Shown piece by piece: positions 55,011 to 64,000 of a DNA stretch of 64,000 nucleotides. Source of the stretch: Lichenifustis flavocetrariae. GTDB taxonomy: Bacteria > Pseudomonadota > Alphaproteobacteria > Rhizobiales > Beijerinckiaceae. The stretch is taken from positions 153,038-217,037 of the forward strand of contig NZ_JAMOIM010000008.1 of assembly GCF_026130545.1 (NCBI RefSeq), read 5' to 3'. A model generated the notes under the pieces. The model did not search any database and was not told the origin of the DNA. It saw nothing but the letters and a program-made list of their open reading frames with translations. The position numbers and the translations under genes were made by a program. Within the stretch, counting starts at the first letter, position 1. Every line of letters begins with the position of its first letter.

Positions 55011-55646
55011 TCACCCCTTCGGGCCAGGACGCAGCACGCCGGCAGTGATGAGCTCGACCACCTGACGTTTCGCTGTGTTGAAATCTTCGTCACTCAAGGG
55101 ATCGCCACCGTTCAACGTCGTGATCTGGTGCGCGAAATCGGCGTAATGCTGCGTCGTCGCCCAGATCATATACAACAGCGTCTTCGGCTCGATCGGCTTC
55201 AGTGCCCCGGCCGCGATCCACTTTTGCACGATGCTGCCGCGGGACTCGACCCATTGCCGGAGCGTGGTGTCCAGGAAGTCCTGGATCTCCGGCGCACCGC
55301 GCAGAATCTCGCTGGCGAAGATGCGGGAGCCCTGGGGCCGCTGCCGCGCGAGATCCATCTTGGCCGCGATGTAGCGACCGAGGGCTTCGGCCGGATCACT
55401 GCTGCTCTCGAATGTACCGGCCGCCGACAGCCACGCATTGAGCACGCCGGCGAGCACACGCCGGTAAAGCTCGGCTTTGGTCGCGAAATAATAATGCAGG
55501 TTCGCCTTCGGCAGTCCTGCGCGGGCCGCGATCTCGGCCATGGTGGCGCCATCGAAACCGCGTTCGGCAAACACCGCCTCGGCAGCGAGAAGAATGCTGT
55601 CTTCATGTGCGGCCCGGATCGATGAAGACACTCGCACCTTGCCCAT
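55011..55646 (-). CDS. TetR-family transcriptional regulator (RutR-like pyrimidine-utilisation regulator)
   Basis: HTH 'ILLAAEAVFAERGFDGATMAEIAARAGLPKANLHYYFATKAELY'; divergent to the pyrimidine-catabolic genes. Confidence 0.75.
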   Translation of the reverse strand: MGKVRVSSSIRAAHEDSILLAAEAVFAERGFDGATMAEIAARAGLPKANLHYYFATKAELYRRVLAGVLNAWLSAAGTFESSSDPAEALGRYIAAKMDLARQRPQGSRIFASEILRGAPEIQDFLDTTLRQWVESRGSIVQKWIAAGALKPIEPKTLLYMIWATTQHYADFAHQITTLNGGDPLSDEDFNTAKRQVVELITAGVLRPGPKG

Positions 55647-55768
55647 AATTTCTGCGGTCGACCCTTGGCCATGATGCGGAAAACAGCCGAGCGACAGTTT
55701 GACCAAGCGGTCAGAAAGACGCTAGTTTTTGCTGCCATCGCATCATCGCGACGAGCCCACAAGAGGCC

Positions 55769-57019
55769 TTGATGTCCGACCTCTCCAACATCCGTATCGA
55801 CGGCGCTCGGCTATGGGACAGCCTGATGGAGATGGCCAAGATCGGCGGCACCGAGAGGGGTGGCTGCCGGCGCCTCACGCTCACGGACGTGGATAAACAG
55901 GGACGCGAGCTCTTCGCTCGGTGGTGCGAGGAGGCGGGCCTGGCGCTGGCGGTCGACGACATGGGCAACATGTTCGCGCGGCGGCCCGGCGAAGACGACA
56001 GCGTCGCCCCCGTGATGATGGGGAGCCATCTCGATACCCAGCCGACCGGCGGCAAATTCGACGGCGTTCTCGGCGTGCTGGGGGCCCTCGAAGTGGTCCG
56101 GTCCCTGAACGACCTCAAGATCAAAACCAAGCGCCCGATCGAGATCGCCAATTGGACGAATGAAGAAGGATCCCGTTACGCGCCCGCGATGGTCTCTTCG
56201 GGCGTCTTTGCAGGGGCCTATACCAAAGACTTCGCCTATAATCTCACCGATGCCGAAGGGCTGAAGTTTGGCGACGAACTCGAGCGCATCGGCTTCAAGG
56301 GAAGCGAGCCTGTGGGCCAGCGTCCGATCCACGCTTTTTTCGAGCTGCATATCGAACAAGGCCCCATTCTGGAGGACGAAGCGATCGATGTCGGCATCGT
56401 CACGCACGGGCAGGGGCAGCGCTGGTTCGAAGTGACGCTGACGGGCTTCGAGAGCCATGCGGGCTCCACACCGATGCCGCGTCGCAAGGATGCGCTGCTC
56501 GGCGCCGCGCGGGTGGTCGAGCTCGTGAACGGTCTCGGTCTCGCGCATCCGCCGCTCGCCATGGCGACGTGCGGCATGCTCAATCCGTACCCGAACAGCC
56601 GCAACGTCATCCCCGGTCAAGTCTTCCTGACCTGCGAGTTTCGCCACCCCGATGCCTCTGTCCTCGATGCGATGGACCATGCACTGCGGGAAGGCATCGC
56701 CCGGATCGCCAAGGAGATCGGCCTCGAAGTCGACCTCAAGAAGGTGTTCGACTACCCGCCCGTGCCCTTCGACGCGAGCTGCATCGCCGCGGTGCGGCGG
56801 GGCGCGGAAAAGTTCTGCTACAGTCATCGCGACATCGTGTCGGGTGCCGGGCACGATGCCTGTTACATTTCCCGCGTGGCACCCACCTCGATGATCTTCA
56901 CGCCTTGCGTCGACGGTGTCAGCCACAACGAATTGGAAGACATCAAGCCCGAATGGGCAACGGCAGGCACGCAGGTGCTGATGCATGCCGTGCTGGAGAA
57001 AGCCGAGATCGTCGGCTGA
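55769..57019 (+). CDS. M20-family Zn amidohydrolase (beta-ureidopropionase / N-carbamoyl-amino-acid / allantoate amidohydrolase family)
   Basis: 'MGSHLDTQPTGGKFDGVLGVLGALEVVRSL...IANWTNEEGSRYAPAMVSSGV' matches the AmaB/AllC family metal-binding blocks. Confidence 0.8.
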   Translation: MMSDLSNIRIDGARLWDSLMEMAKIGGTERGGCRRLTLTDVDKQGRELFARWCEEAGLALAVDDMGNMFARRPGEDDSVAPVMMGSHLDTQPTGGKFDGVLGVLGALEVVRSLNDLKIKTKRPIEIANWTNEEGSRYAPAMVSSGVFAGAYTKDFAYNLTDAEGLKFGDELERIGFKGSEPVGQRPIHAFFELHIEQGPILEDEAIDVGIVTHGQGQRWFEVTLTGFESHAGSTPMPRRKDALLGAARVVELVNGLGLAHPPLAMATCGMLNPYPNSRNVIPGQVFLTCEFRHPDASVLDAMDHALREGIARIAKEIGLEVDLKKVFDYPPVPFDASCIAAVRRGAEKFCYSHRDIVSGAGHDACYISRVAPTSMIFTPCVDGVSHNELEDIKPEWATAGTQVLMHAVLEKAEIVG

Positions 57020-57049
57020 ACGGCAACCTGCGGAACAACGGAGTTATCC

Positions 57050-58477
57050 ATGTCGCTGGTCATCAAGGGAGGCACGGTCGTGACGGCCGACAGGACGTTC
57101 GCGGCCGATGTGCTGATCGAGGGCGAGACCATCGCGGCCGTGGGCTCGGGTCTCAGCGGCGACACGGTGGTGGATGCCGCCGGCTGTTTCGTCATGCCGG
57201 GCGGCATCGACCCGCACACCCATCTCGAAATGCCTTTCATGGGCACGACCACGGTCGATGATTACGAGACCGGTACCAAGGCGGCGCTATCTGGCGGCAC
57301 CACAATGGTGGTGGATTTCTGCATCCCCAACCACGGCCAGTCCTTGATGGATGCGATGGCGGACTGGGACCGGCGCGGCGAGGGTGCGGCGGCCGACTAC
57401 TCTTTCCACATGGCGATTTCCGAGTGGAACGAGCGCGTCAACGAAGAGATGACCAAGGTGGTGGCGCGTGGCGTGACGACCTTCAAATATTTCATGGCCT
57501 ACAAGGGCGCCCTCATGGTCGATGACGCGCAGATGTTCGCGTCGTTCCAACGCTGTGCCGAACTCGGCGCCATGCCGCTCGTCCATGCCGAGAATGGCGA
57601 TGTCGTTGCGGCGCTGCAGCAGCATTACATGGCGATCGGCATCACCGGCCCCGAGGCGCACGCCTATTCGCGGCCGCCGGATGTGGAGGGTGAGGCGGCG
57701 AACCGTGCCATCATGCTGGCCGATCAGGCCGGCGTGCCGCTCTACATCGTCCACACCTCCTGCATCCCTGCTCACGAGGCGATCAAGCGGGCGCGGGCGC
57801 TTGGCAAACGCGTCTATGGTGAGCCCCTGATCCAGCATCTGACCCTCGACGAGAGCGAGTATTTCCACCCTGATTGGGACCATGCCGCCCGCCGGGTGAT
57901 GTCGCCACCCTTCCGGGCCAAGCATCATCAGGACGACCTCTGGGCTGGCCTGCAATCGGGCTCCTTGCAGGTCGTTGCGACCGACCATTGCGCCTTCATG
58001 ACGGACCAGAAGCGCTTCGGGCGCGAGGATTTCACCAAGATTCCCAACGGGACCGGCGGGTTGGAAGACCGCATGCCGGTGCTCTGGACAAAGGGCGTGA
58101 ACACCGGTCGCCTGACCATGCAGGAATTCGTGGCGGTCTCCTCGACCAACATTGCCAAAATCCTGAACCTCTATCCGCGAAAGGGCGCCATTGCGGTCGG
58201 CGCCGATGCCGACATCGTGGTCTGGGACCCGAAGGCGACCAAGACCATCTCGGCCAAAACACAGAAATCGGCCATCGACTACAACGTCTTTGAGGGAATC
58301 TCCTGCGAAGGGCTGCCGCGTGTGACGCTGTCGCGGGGTGAGATCGCCTACAAGGAGGGCGAGGTGCTGGCCAAGCGGGGCAGGGGCAAATTCATCGCCC
58401 GCGAGCCCTTCCCGGCGGTCGCCAAGGCGATCAAGCGGTGGAAACAGGAAACGGCGCCCAAGAAGATCGCGCGGTAG
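57050..58477 (+). CDS. Dihydropyrimidinase (D-hydantoinase)
   Basis: 'GGIDPHTHLEMPFMGT' metal-binding HxH, carboxylated-Lys region 'FKYFMAYKGALMVDD', 'VATDHC'; cyclic amidohydrolase family. Confidence 0.9.
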   Translation: MSLVIKGGTVVTADRTFAADVLIEGETIAAVGSGLSGDTVVDAAGCFVMPGGIDPHTHLEMPFMGTTTVDDYETGTKAALSGGTTMVVDFCIPNHGQSLMDAMADWDRRGEGAAADYSFHMAISEWNERVNEEMTKVVARGVTTFKYFMAYKGALMVDDAQMFASFQRCAELGAMPLVHAENGDVVAALQQHYMAIGITGPEAHAYSRPPDVEGEAANRAIMLADQAGVPLYIVHTSCIPAHEAIKRARALGKRVYGEPLIQHLTLDESEYFHPDWDHAARRVMSPPFRAKHHQDDLWAGLQSGSLQVVATDHCAFMTDQKRFGREDFTKIPNGTGGLEDRMPVLWTKGVNTGRLTMQEFVAVSSTNIAKILNLYPRKGAIAVGADADIVVWDPKATKTISAKTQKSAIDYNVFEGISCEGLPRVTLSRGEIAYKEGEVLAKRGRGKFIAREPFPAVAKAIKRWKQETAPKKIAR

Positions 58478-58566
58478 CACGGCAGGGGATACGGTGACCG
58501 ACGAAACAGGTTTGATGCTCCGCTGAGGCCGGGTTATCGTTCGGCGCCCTTAAGTCGAACACCTCT

Positions 58567-59169
58567 GTGGAAAGCCGCATCGCCTTGTCAGTCCTCGAAG
58601 CCCTGATCCTCGGCTATCTTCTCGGCTCCATCCCGTTCGGCCTGATCTTGACCCGCCTCGCGGGCACACGCGACATCCGTTCCATCGGATCCGGGAATAT
58701 CGGGGCCACCAACGTTCTCCGCACGGGCCGCAAGGATCTGGCGGCCGCGACGCTGCTGCTCGATGGATTGAAGGGCACAGCCGCAGTCCTCCTCGCAGGT
58801 TACCTTTGGGGCATCGACGGTGCTGTGGCGGCGGCTTGCGGCGCCTTTGTGGGGCACGTGTTCCCGGTGTGGCTCGGGTTTCGGGGAGGCAAGGGCGTCG
58901 CGACTTATCTCGGCTGCCTGTTGGGCATCTATTGGCCGGCCGGGCTGATCTTCGCCGTGGCGTGGCTCGTGATTGCCTTTTCGACGCGCTATTCATCGCT
59001 GTCGGCGCTGGTCGCGAGCCTTGTCAGCCCCGCCGCGCTGCTGCTTGCCGGGCAAACGGAAGCCGCTGCCGTGTTCATCGTGTTGACGGTCGCGCTCTGG
59101 CTCACGCACCGCGCCAATATCGGGCGCCTGCTCGGCCGCACGGAGGGCAAGATCGGCCAGGCTTCGTGA
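58567..59169 (+). CDS. plsY: Glycerol-3-phosphate acyltransferase PlsY
   Basis: '[13 protein letters not shown]...[16 protein letters not shown]...DGLKG' are the PlsY conserved motifs; 5 TM helices. Confidence 0.85.
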   Translation: MESRIALSVLEALILGYLLGSIPFGLILTRLAGTRDIRSIGSGNIGATNVLRTGRKDLAAATLLLDGLKGTAAVLLAGYLWGIDGAVAAACGAFVGHVFPVWLGFRGGKGVATYLGCLLGIYWPAGLIFAVAWLVIAFSTRYSSLSALVASLVSPAALLLAGQTEAAAVFIVLTVALWLTHRANIGRLLGRTEGKIGQAS

Positions 59170-60359
59170 CGCCCGTTTTCGGGCCGCTCGACGAACCGGA
59201 GCGCATCGCTTGGCTGCGGTTGAGCCGGTCCGACGGGATCGGCCCGCTGACCTTCATGGGACTGCTGCAACGGTTTGGGACCGCGACGGAGGCGCTCGCG
59301 GCCCTGCCAAATCTCAGCCGGCAGGCGGGGCGGGCCGTGCGGGTAGCCGATCGTGACGTCGTAATGCGGGAGATCGAGCAGGCGACGAAGCGAGGACTTC
59401 GCTTTGTGGCCTGGGGCGAACCGGACTATCCATCGGCCTTGCGGGCGATCGAGGCCGCCCCACCTGTTCTCTGTGTTCGCGGCGACCTTGCGGTTCTGAA
59501 ACGCCCGATGGTCGCGGTGGTCGGCTCGCGCAACGCATCGGCGGCCGGGCTGCTATTCACTGAGAGACTGGCGCACGGCATCGGCACCGCGGGCTATGTC
59601 GTCGTGTCCGGCCTTGCGCGCGGGGTTGACGGCAAAGCGCATCGGGCGGCTCTGATGACCGGCACGGTCGCGGTGCTGGCCGGCGGGCATGCGCGAATAT
59701 ACCCGCCCGAGCATGAGGGATTGGCGCGGGAGATATCGGAGGCTGGGGCAGTTCTCAGCGAAATGCCGTTGGCCTGGGAACCGCGCGGTCGCGATTTCCC
59801 CCGCCGCAACCGGATCGTCTCCGGGCTCAGTCTTGGGACAGTGGTCGTGGAGGCGGCTCGCCGGTCTGGTTCGCTCATCACGGCCCGGCTCGCCAACGAG
59901 CAGGGCCGGGAAGTGTTCGCGGTTCCGGGTTCGCCGCTCGATCCGCGCGCGGAGGGCACCAACGATCTGATCCGGCAGGGCGCTACATTGTGCACCCGGC
60001 CCGAGGATGTGGTCGAAGCGCTCAGCCCGGGCGCCGCTGCGCCGCTGATGCAACACACACCACATCGGCTGCGGGATGACCCTGGCTTCGACTTTCGCGC
60101 ATTGATCGAGGACACCGATGACGAGGCGGATGGCGCCGGCGATACGGAGTCGACTCCGCCAGGGAATTTCCGAGCGGCGCACCTGGATGCCGAAGCACGT
60201 GTGATGCAATTGCTCGGCCCGGCACCGACCACCATCGATGATCTTGTCAGACTGTCCGGTCTCAGTGCCGCCGAAATCCGCACCGTCTTGATGGATCTGG
60301 AACTCACGGGCGTGCTGGATCGGCGAAACGATGCCTTTGTGTCCAAGGCTCGCGGCTGA
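59166..60359 (+). CDS. dprA: DNA-processing protein DprA (Smf)
   Basis: From in-frame GTG overlapping the plsY stop (GTGA): '[21 protein letters not shown]...[19 protein letters not shown]...TVAVLAGG' is the DprA Rossmann domain, with a C-terminal winged helix. Confidence 0.8.
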   Translation: MTPVFGPLDEPERIAWLRLSRSDGIGPLTFMGLLQRFGTATEALAALPNLSRQAGRAVRVADRDVVMREIEQATKRGLRFVAWGEPDYPSALRAIEAAPPVLCVRGDLAVLKRPMVAVVGSRNASAAGLLFTERLAHGIGTAGYVVVSGLARGVDGKAHRAALMTGTVAVLAGGHARIYPPEHEGLAREISEAGAVLSEMPLAWEPRGRDFPRRNRIVSGLSLGTVVVEAARRSGSLITARLANEQGREVFAVPGSPLDPRAEGTNDLIRQGATLCTRPEDVVEALSPGAAAPLMQHTPHRLRDDPGFDFRALIEDTDDEADGAGDTESTPPGNFRAAHLDAEARVMQLLGPAPTTIDDLVRLSGLSAAEIRTVLMDLELTGVLDRRNDAFVSKARG

Positions 60360-60458
60360 TCCGCTCGATCCCATGCGGTCCATTGCTTGACCGTGCCGTT
60401 TCAGGCAGAACAGCCGCGCCCAAGCCGCCGCCAGAGCGGTCGAATCGACGGATCACTC

Positions 60459-61772
60459 ATGCCTTCCCTTTTGCGCGTCGGACTTGCAGGACTTGGCACA
60501 GTCGGGGCCTCCGTGCTCAACCGGATCCGTCTGCAACAGGCGGCTCTTGAAGAGACCACGCACCGGCGCATCGTGGTAACCGGGGTGTCGGCACGCAGCA
60601 AAGCTAAGGCAGCGTCTCTCGATCTCGGCGAGGCGACATGGTTTGACGATCCAATCGAGCTCGCTCGCTCCGGCGACATCGATCTTTTCGTCGAACTTAT
60701 GGGAGGGTCAGGCGACCCCGCGCTCACAGCCGTGCGCCACGCGTTGAGCAGCGGCAAAGCCGTCGTGACAGCCAACAAAGCCCTTCTGGCAGCTCATGGG
60801 ATGGAACTCGCGACCCTCGCTGAGGAACGCCGCGTGCCGCTCGGCTTCGAGGCGTCTGTGGCGGGAGGCATCCCGGTGGTGAAGACGCTGCGCGAAGGGC
60901 TCGCCGGCAACGTCATCGACCGCGTCTACGGTATCCTGAACGGGACCTGCAACTACATCCTGTCCCGCATGGAACTGGAAGGTCTCGGGTTCGAACAATG
61001 TCTCGCCGAGGCCCAACGGCTCGGTTACGCCGAGGCTGACCCAACCTTCGATATCGACGGGTTCGACACCGCACACAAGCTGGCGATCCTATCGACGCTC
61101 GCCTTCGGGACAGCCATCGCGGCTGATGCCATTCACGTCGAAGGCATTCGCACCATCAGTCTGGCGGATATCCGGGCGGCGGACGAACTGGGCTTTAGGA
61201 TCAAGCTTCTCGGTGTGGCGCAGCGGGTTGCAGGTGGCATCGAAAGCCGCGTGCATCCGACCATGGTGCCGAAATCGTCCGCCATCGCTCAGGTCATGGG
61301 CGTGACCAATGCCGTGACGGTCGATGCCGACGCGGTGCGGGAACTCACACTCATCGGCCCCGGCGCGGGTGGAGAAGCGACGGCTTCGGCGGTCGTGGCC
61401 GATATCGCGGATATTGCCCGCGGCGTGCGCTCGGCCCCATTCGGCCGGCCCGTCGCGGCGCTTGTCCCTACGGCGCCTGTGCCGCTGCAGCGGCATGAGG
61501 GCGGCTACTACATCCGGCTCAATGTCGAAGATCGTCCTGGCGCAGTCGCGGCCATCGCGGCCCGCATGGCCGAACGCGGCATCTCGTTCGAAAGCATCGT
61601 GCAGCGCCAGCCCTTCGGCAAGGCGGCGGATATCACTCCGGTGCGCGCGGTTCCCGTGGTGTTGATTACCTATGCGACCACCGAGGAGGTGATCCGGCAG
61701 GCGATCGAGGCCATCATGCAAGACGGCTGGGTCACCGGCCGACCGCAATCGATCCGCATCGAGCGAGAATAA
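60459..61772 (+). CDS. hom: Homoserine dehydrogenase
   Basis: From Met 'MPSLLRVGLAGLGTVG': NAD-binding GxGxxG, 'VVTANKALLA', 'NGTCNYILSRM', C-terminal ACT domain. Confidence 0.9.
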   Translation: MPSLLRVGLAGLGTVGASVLNRIRLQQAALEETTHRRIVVTGVSARSKAKAASLDLGEATWFDDPIELARSGDIDLFVELMGGSGDPALTAVRHALSSGKAVVTANKALLAAHGMELATLAEERRVPLGFEASVAGGIPVVKTLREGLAGNVIDRVYGILNGTCNYILSRMELEGLGFEQCLAEAQRLGYAEADPTFDIDGFDTAHKLAILSTLAFGTAIAADAIHVEGIRTISLADIRAADELGFRIKLLGVAQRVAGGIESRVHPTMVPKSSAIAQVMGVTNAVTVDADAVRELTLIGPGAGGEATASAVVADIADIARGVRSAPFGRPVAALVPTAPVPLQRHEGGYYIRLNVEDRPGAVAAIAARMAERGISFESIVQRQPFGKAADITPVRAVPVVLITYATTEEVIRQAIEAIMQDGWVTGRPQSIRIERE

Positions 61773-61795
61773 CAACCGCGAGCCGTGAGGAAAGC

Positions 61796-62791
61796 ATGAC
61801 CGATCTCGTCATCCAACAACAGGATATCATCGAGCGTATTCTCACGCTCGAACTCGTGCGCGTCACCGAACGGGCGGCTGTGTCCTCGGCGCGCTGGCGG
61901 GGGCGCGGCGATGAGAAAGCCGCCGACCAAGCGGCTGTCGACGCAATGCGGCGGGAGCTCAATCGCTTGCCGATCGACGGCACGATCGTGATCGGCGAAG
62001 GCGAGCGCGATGAGGCTCCCATGCTGTTCATCGGCGAGCGGGTTGGCACCCGGACTGGTCCCAAGGTCGATATCGCGGTCGATCCGCTGGAAGGAACGAC
62101 GCTCTGCGCCAAGGATATGCCCGGCTCGATCGCCGTGATGGCGATGGCCCAGGCGGGGTCGCTCCTGAATGCGCCCGATGTCTATATGGAAAAGGTCGCG
62201 ATCGGGCCGGGCTATCCGAAAGGCATCGTCGATCTCGACATGTCACCCGAGGAGAACATCCGGGCACTGGCCAAGGCCAAGGGGGTACGCCCCAACGACA
62301 TCACGGTCTGCGTTTTGGACCGGCCGCGGCATGAAGCTCTGATTGAGTCCTGCCGCCGGGCCGGGGCCTCCCTTCGCCTATTGACCGATGGCGACGTCGC
62401 GGGTGTGATCCTGACGGCTCAACCCGATGAGACGGGTATCGACCTGTACCTCGGCACAGGCGGTGCGCCTGAAGGCGTGCTGGCGGCAGGTGCCCTGCGC
62501 TGTGTGGGCGGCCAGATGCAGGGACGGCTGATTCTCGATACGCCGGAAAAGGTCGAGCGCGCCAAGAAGATGGGCATCTCGGATCCCAAGAAGACCTATG
62601 ACATGAAAGAACTCGCGTCTGGCGATGTGGTCGTGGCCGCCACGGGCGTCACCGATGGCGGGCTGCTCTCGGGCGTTAGATTCAAGCAGCACACGATCGA
62701 GACCGAGACGCTCATCTACCGCTCGGTGACCGGGACGGTCCGGCGCATCCGGGCCGAGCACCGCGAACTTGGAAAGTTCCGGCTCGATTGA
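61796..62791 (+). CDS. glpX: Fructose-1,6-bisphosphatase class II
   Basis: 'ERAAVSSARWRGRGDEKAADQAAVDAMR', 'VIGEGERDEAPMLFIGERVG', 'DIAVDPLEGTT' are GlpX family blocks. Confidence 0.9.
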   Translation: MTDLVIQQQDIIERILTLELVRVTERAAVSSARWRGRGDEKAADQAAVDAMRRELNRLPIDGTIVIGEGERDEAPMLFIGERVGTRTGPKVDIAVDPLEGTTLCAKDMPGSIAVMAMAQAGSLLNAPDVYMEKVAIGPGYPKGIVDLDMSPEENIRALAKAKGVRPNDITVCVLDRPRHEALIESCRRAGASLRLLTDGDVAGVILTAQPDETGIDLYLGTGGAPEGVLAAGALRCVGGQMQGRLILDTPEKVERAKKMGISDPKKTYDMKELASGDVVVAATGVTDGGLLSGVRFKQHTIETETLIYRSVTGTVRRIRAEHRELGKFRLD

Positions 62792-62861
62792 GGAATGGTC
62801 TTCGTCTGATGCGGAACGATGGTCGTGAAGCGCCGGCTCGTGACACCCGGGTTGCTGATCT

Positions 62862-63386
62862 GTGAGCCTTTCAGATCTCGGGAGTTCCGCGCTCGCGCTG
62901 GTTCGTGAGCATCATGCCTGGGCCGGGCCGATCTGCTTTGTCCTCGCATTCCTCGAGTCTCTGGCGTTCGTTTCGCTGATCGTGCCCTCGGCCGTGCTGC
63001 TCATCGGCATCGGCGGTCTCGTGCCTTTGTCGAACATCTCCTTCGTGGAGATCTGGGGTGGAACGGCGCTGGGCGCGATCCTGGGTGATTGGCTGTCCTA
63101 TTGGATCGGTCATCGCTTCGAGCATAGGATCAGCGGCCTGTGGCCCTTCACGCGCTATCCGGAGATGCTGGAAAAGACGCACCGGTTTTTTGAGCGCTGG
63201 GGCGTCCTGGGTGTTTTCGGCGGCCGTTTTCTTGGGCCACTTCGCGCCACGATCCCGCTCGTGGCCGGGATGGGCGGCATGCCGATGTTAAGGTTTCAAA
63301 TCGCCAATGTGACGTCAGCTCTGCTCTGGGCGGCCGGATTGCTGTTTCCGGGCGCATTCGGCGTGGCCTGGCTCAAAGGCGAATGA
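62862..63386 (+). CDS. DedA/SNARE-associated family membrane protein
   Basis: 'FVLAFLESLAFVSLIVPSAVLLIGIGGLV' and 'RFLGPLRATIPLVAGMGGMP' match the DedA family. Confidence 0.75.
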   Translation: MSLSDLGSSALALVREHHAWAGPICFVLAFLESLAFVSLIVPSAVLLIGIGGLVPLSNISFVEIWGGTALGAILGDWLSYWIGHRFEHRISGLWPFTRYPEMLEKTHRFFERWGVLGVFGGRFLGPLRATIPLVAGMGGMPMLRFQIANVTSALLWAAGLLFPGAFGVAWLKGE

Positions 63387-63437
63387 CCTGAAGCTGACCG
63401 GCCGGCAGTCGGTCGGTTGATCCTGAGCTTCAGGTGG
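63387..63437. terminator. Inverted repeat between convergent dedA-like and aldehyde dehydrogenase genes
   Basis: 'CCTGAAGCT...(internal GACCGGCCGGCAGTCGGTCGG)...AGCTTCAGG': 9-bp outer stem with a nested GC stem, immediately after the DedA stop. Confidence 0.4.
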
Positions 63438-63489
63438 CACCAACTGTCGCGAGAACCACTTATGGCGGCCACGTCGAACCGCCGACAAC

Positions 63490-64000
63490 TCACGCGTTTG
63501 CCGAACCTTCTTCCACATTGAAGGTGACGCCCTGCGCGAGCGGCAAGGTGCGCCCATAGTTGATCGCATTCGTTTGCCGCCGCATATAGGCTTTCCAAGC
63601 GTCGGAGCCGCTTTCGCGACCCCCGCCCGTCTCCTTCTCGCCACCGAAGGCACCGCCGATTTCGGCTCCCGATGGTCCCATATTGACGTTGGCGATGCCG
63701 CAGTCCGAACCCTGGGCCGAGAGGAAGAGTTCGATCTCGCGCAGATCATTGCCGAAAATGGAGGACGACAGACCCTGGGGCACGCCGTTCTGCAATGCGA
63801 TCGCTTCCTCGATCTGCCGATACTTTAGAATGTAGAGGATAGGCGCGAAGGTCTCCTCGACGACAGGGCCCACCTGCTGCGGCATCTCCACGACGGCAGG
63901 GCGCGCGTAGAACGATCGCTCGCCGTTGACGTCGACCCGCTCGCCACCGTGGACGGTGCCGCCCGCTGCGCGAGCCTTGCTGAGGGCCGCCTGCATAGCC
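63490..64000 (-). CDS. Aldehyde dehydrogenase (ALDH7/AmaB-like), C-terminal part; continues beyond window end
   Basis: C-terminal ALDH catalytic region: '[14 protein letters not shown]' (the Glu in 'VEETF' is the typical ALDH general base), 'GLSSSIF', '[47 protein letters not shown]'. N-terminus lies outside the window. Confidence 0.75.
   Translation of the reverse strand, partial: AMQAALSKARAAGGTVHGGERVDVNGERSFYARPAVVEMPQQVGPVVEETFAPILYILKYRQIEEAIALQNGVPQGLSSSIFGNDLREIELFLSAQGSDCGIANVNMGPSGAEIGGAFGGEKETGGGRESGSDAWKAYMRRQTNAINYGRTLPLAQGVTFNVEEGSANA

Noticed and set aside
1-64000. CRISPR arrays, IS elements, integrases, tRNA/rRNA genes
   Set aside because: No direct-repeat/spacer architecture, transposase/integrase motifs or tRNA-like cloverleaf candidates were noticed in intergenic regions. 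The only large repeat is the in-frame coding array at 20.5-29.6 kb.

Overview
This is a high-GC (~65-68%) window that looks like a Rhizobiales-type alphaproteobacterial chromosome; the taxon is inferred only from composition and gene order. Conserved housekeeping blocks are present: tusA-like/mobA/tsaA, glyA-ribD-ribE-(dinB-like)-ribH-nusB-galM, rpsF-rpsR-DUF2232-rplI, and plsY-dprA-hom-glpX. Accessory modules sit between them. The main one (14.4-29.6 kb, minus strand) is an apparent operon: a 3043-aa gene built almost entirely of ~380 tandem 8-residue repeats (consensus [AGS]-L-[ST]-[ST]-[ST]-Q-[IV]-[AG], 24-nt period over >9 kb), followed by a TPR-GT41 (OGT/SPINDLY-like) glycosyltransferase and two paralogous TPR-sulfotransferases. 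I read this as a candidate dedicated Ser/Thr glycosylation plus sulfation system for a giant mucin-like repeat protein. Other modules: a flotillin/SPFH protein; a thuA-thuB pair; a cpxP-like/response-regulator/histidine-kinase operon next to cutC; a sugar-catabolic island (ABC transporter, LacD-like aldolase, two ROK kinases, P-loop kinase, LacI and DeoR regulators); mtnA; a membrane-anchored adenylate cyclase fused to a 2Fe-2S ferredoxin domain; and a reductive pyrimidine-catabolism cluster (preT-preA, RutR-like TetR, M20 amidohydrolase, dihydropyrimidinase). No rRNA, tRNA, CRISPR array, IS element or integrase was recognised. All calls rest on reading the provided translations and recognising family motifs, not on database searches.
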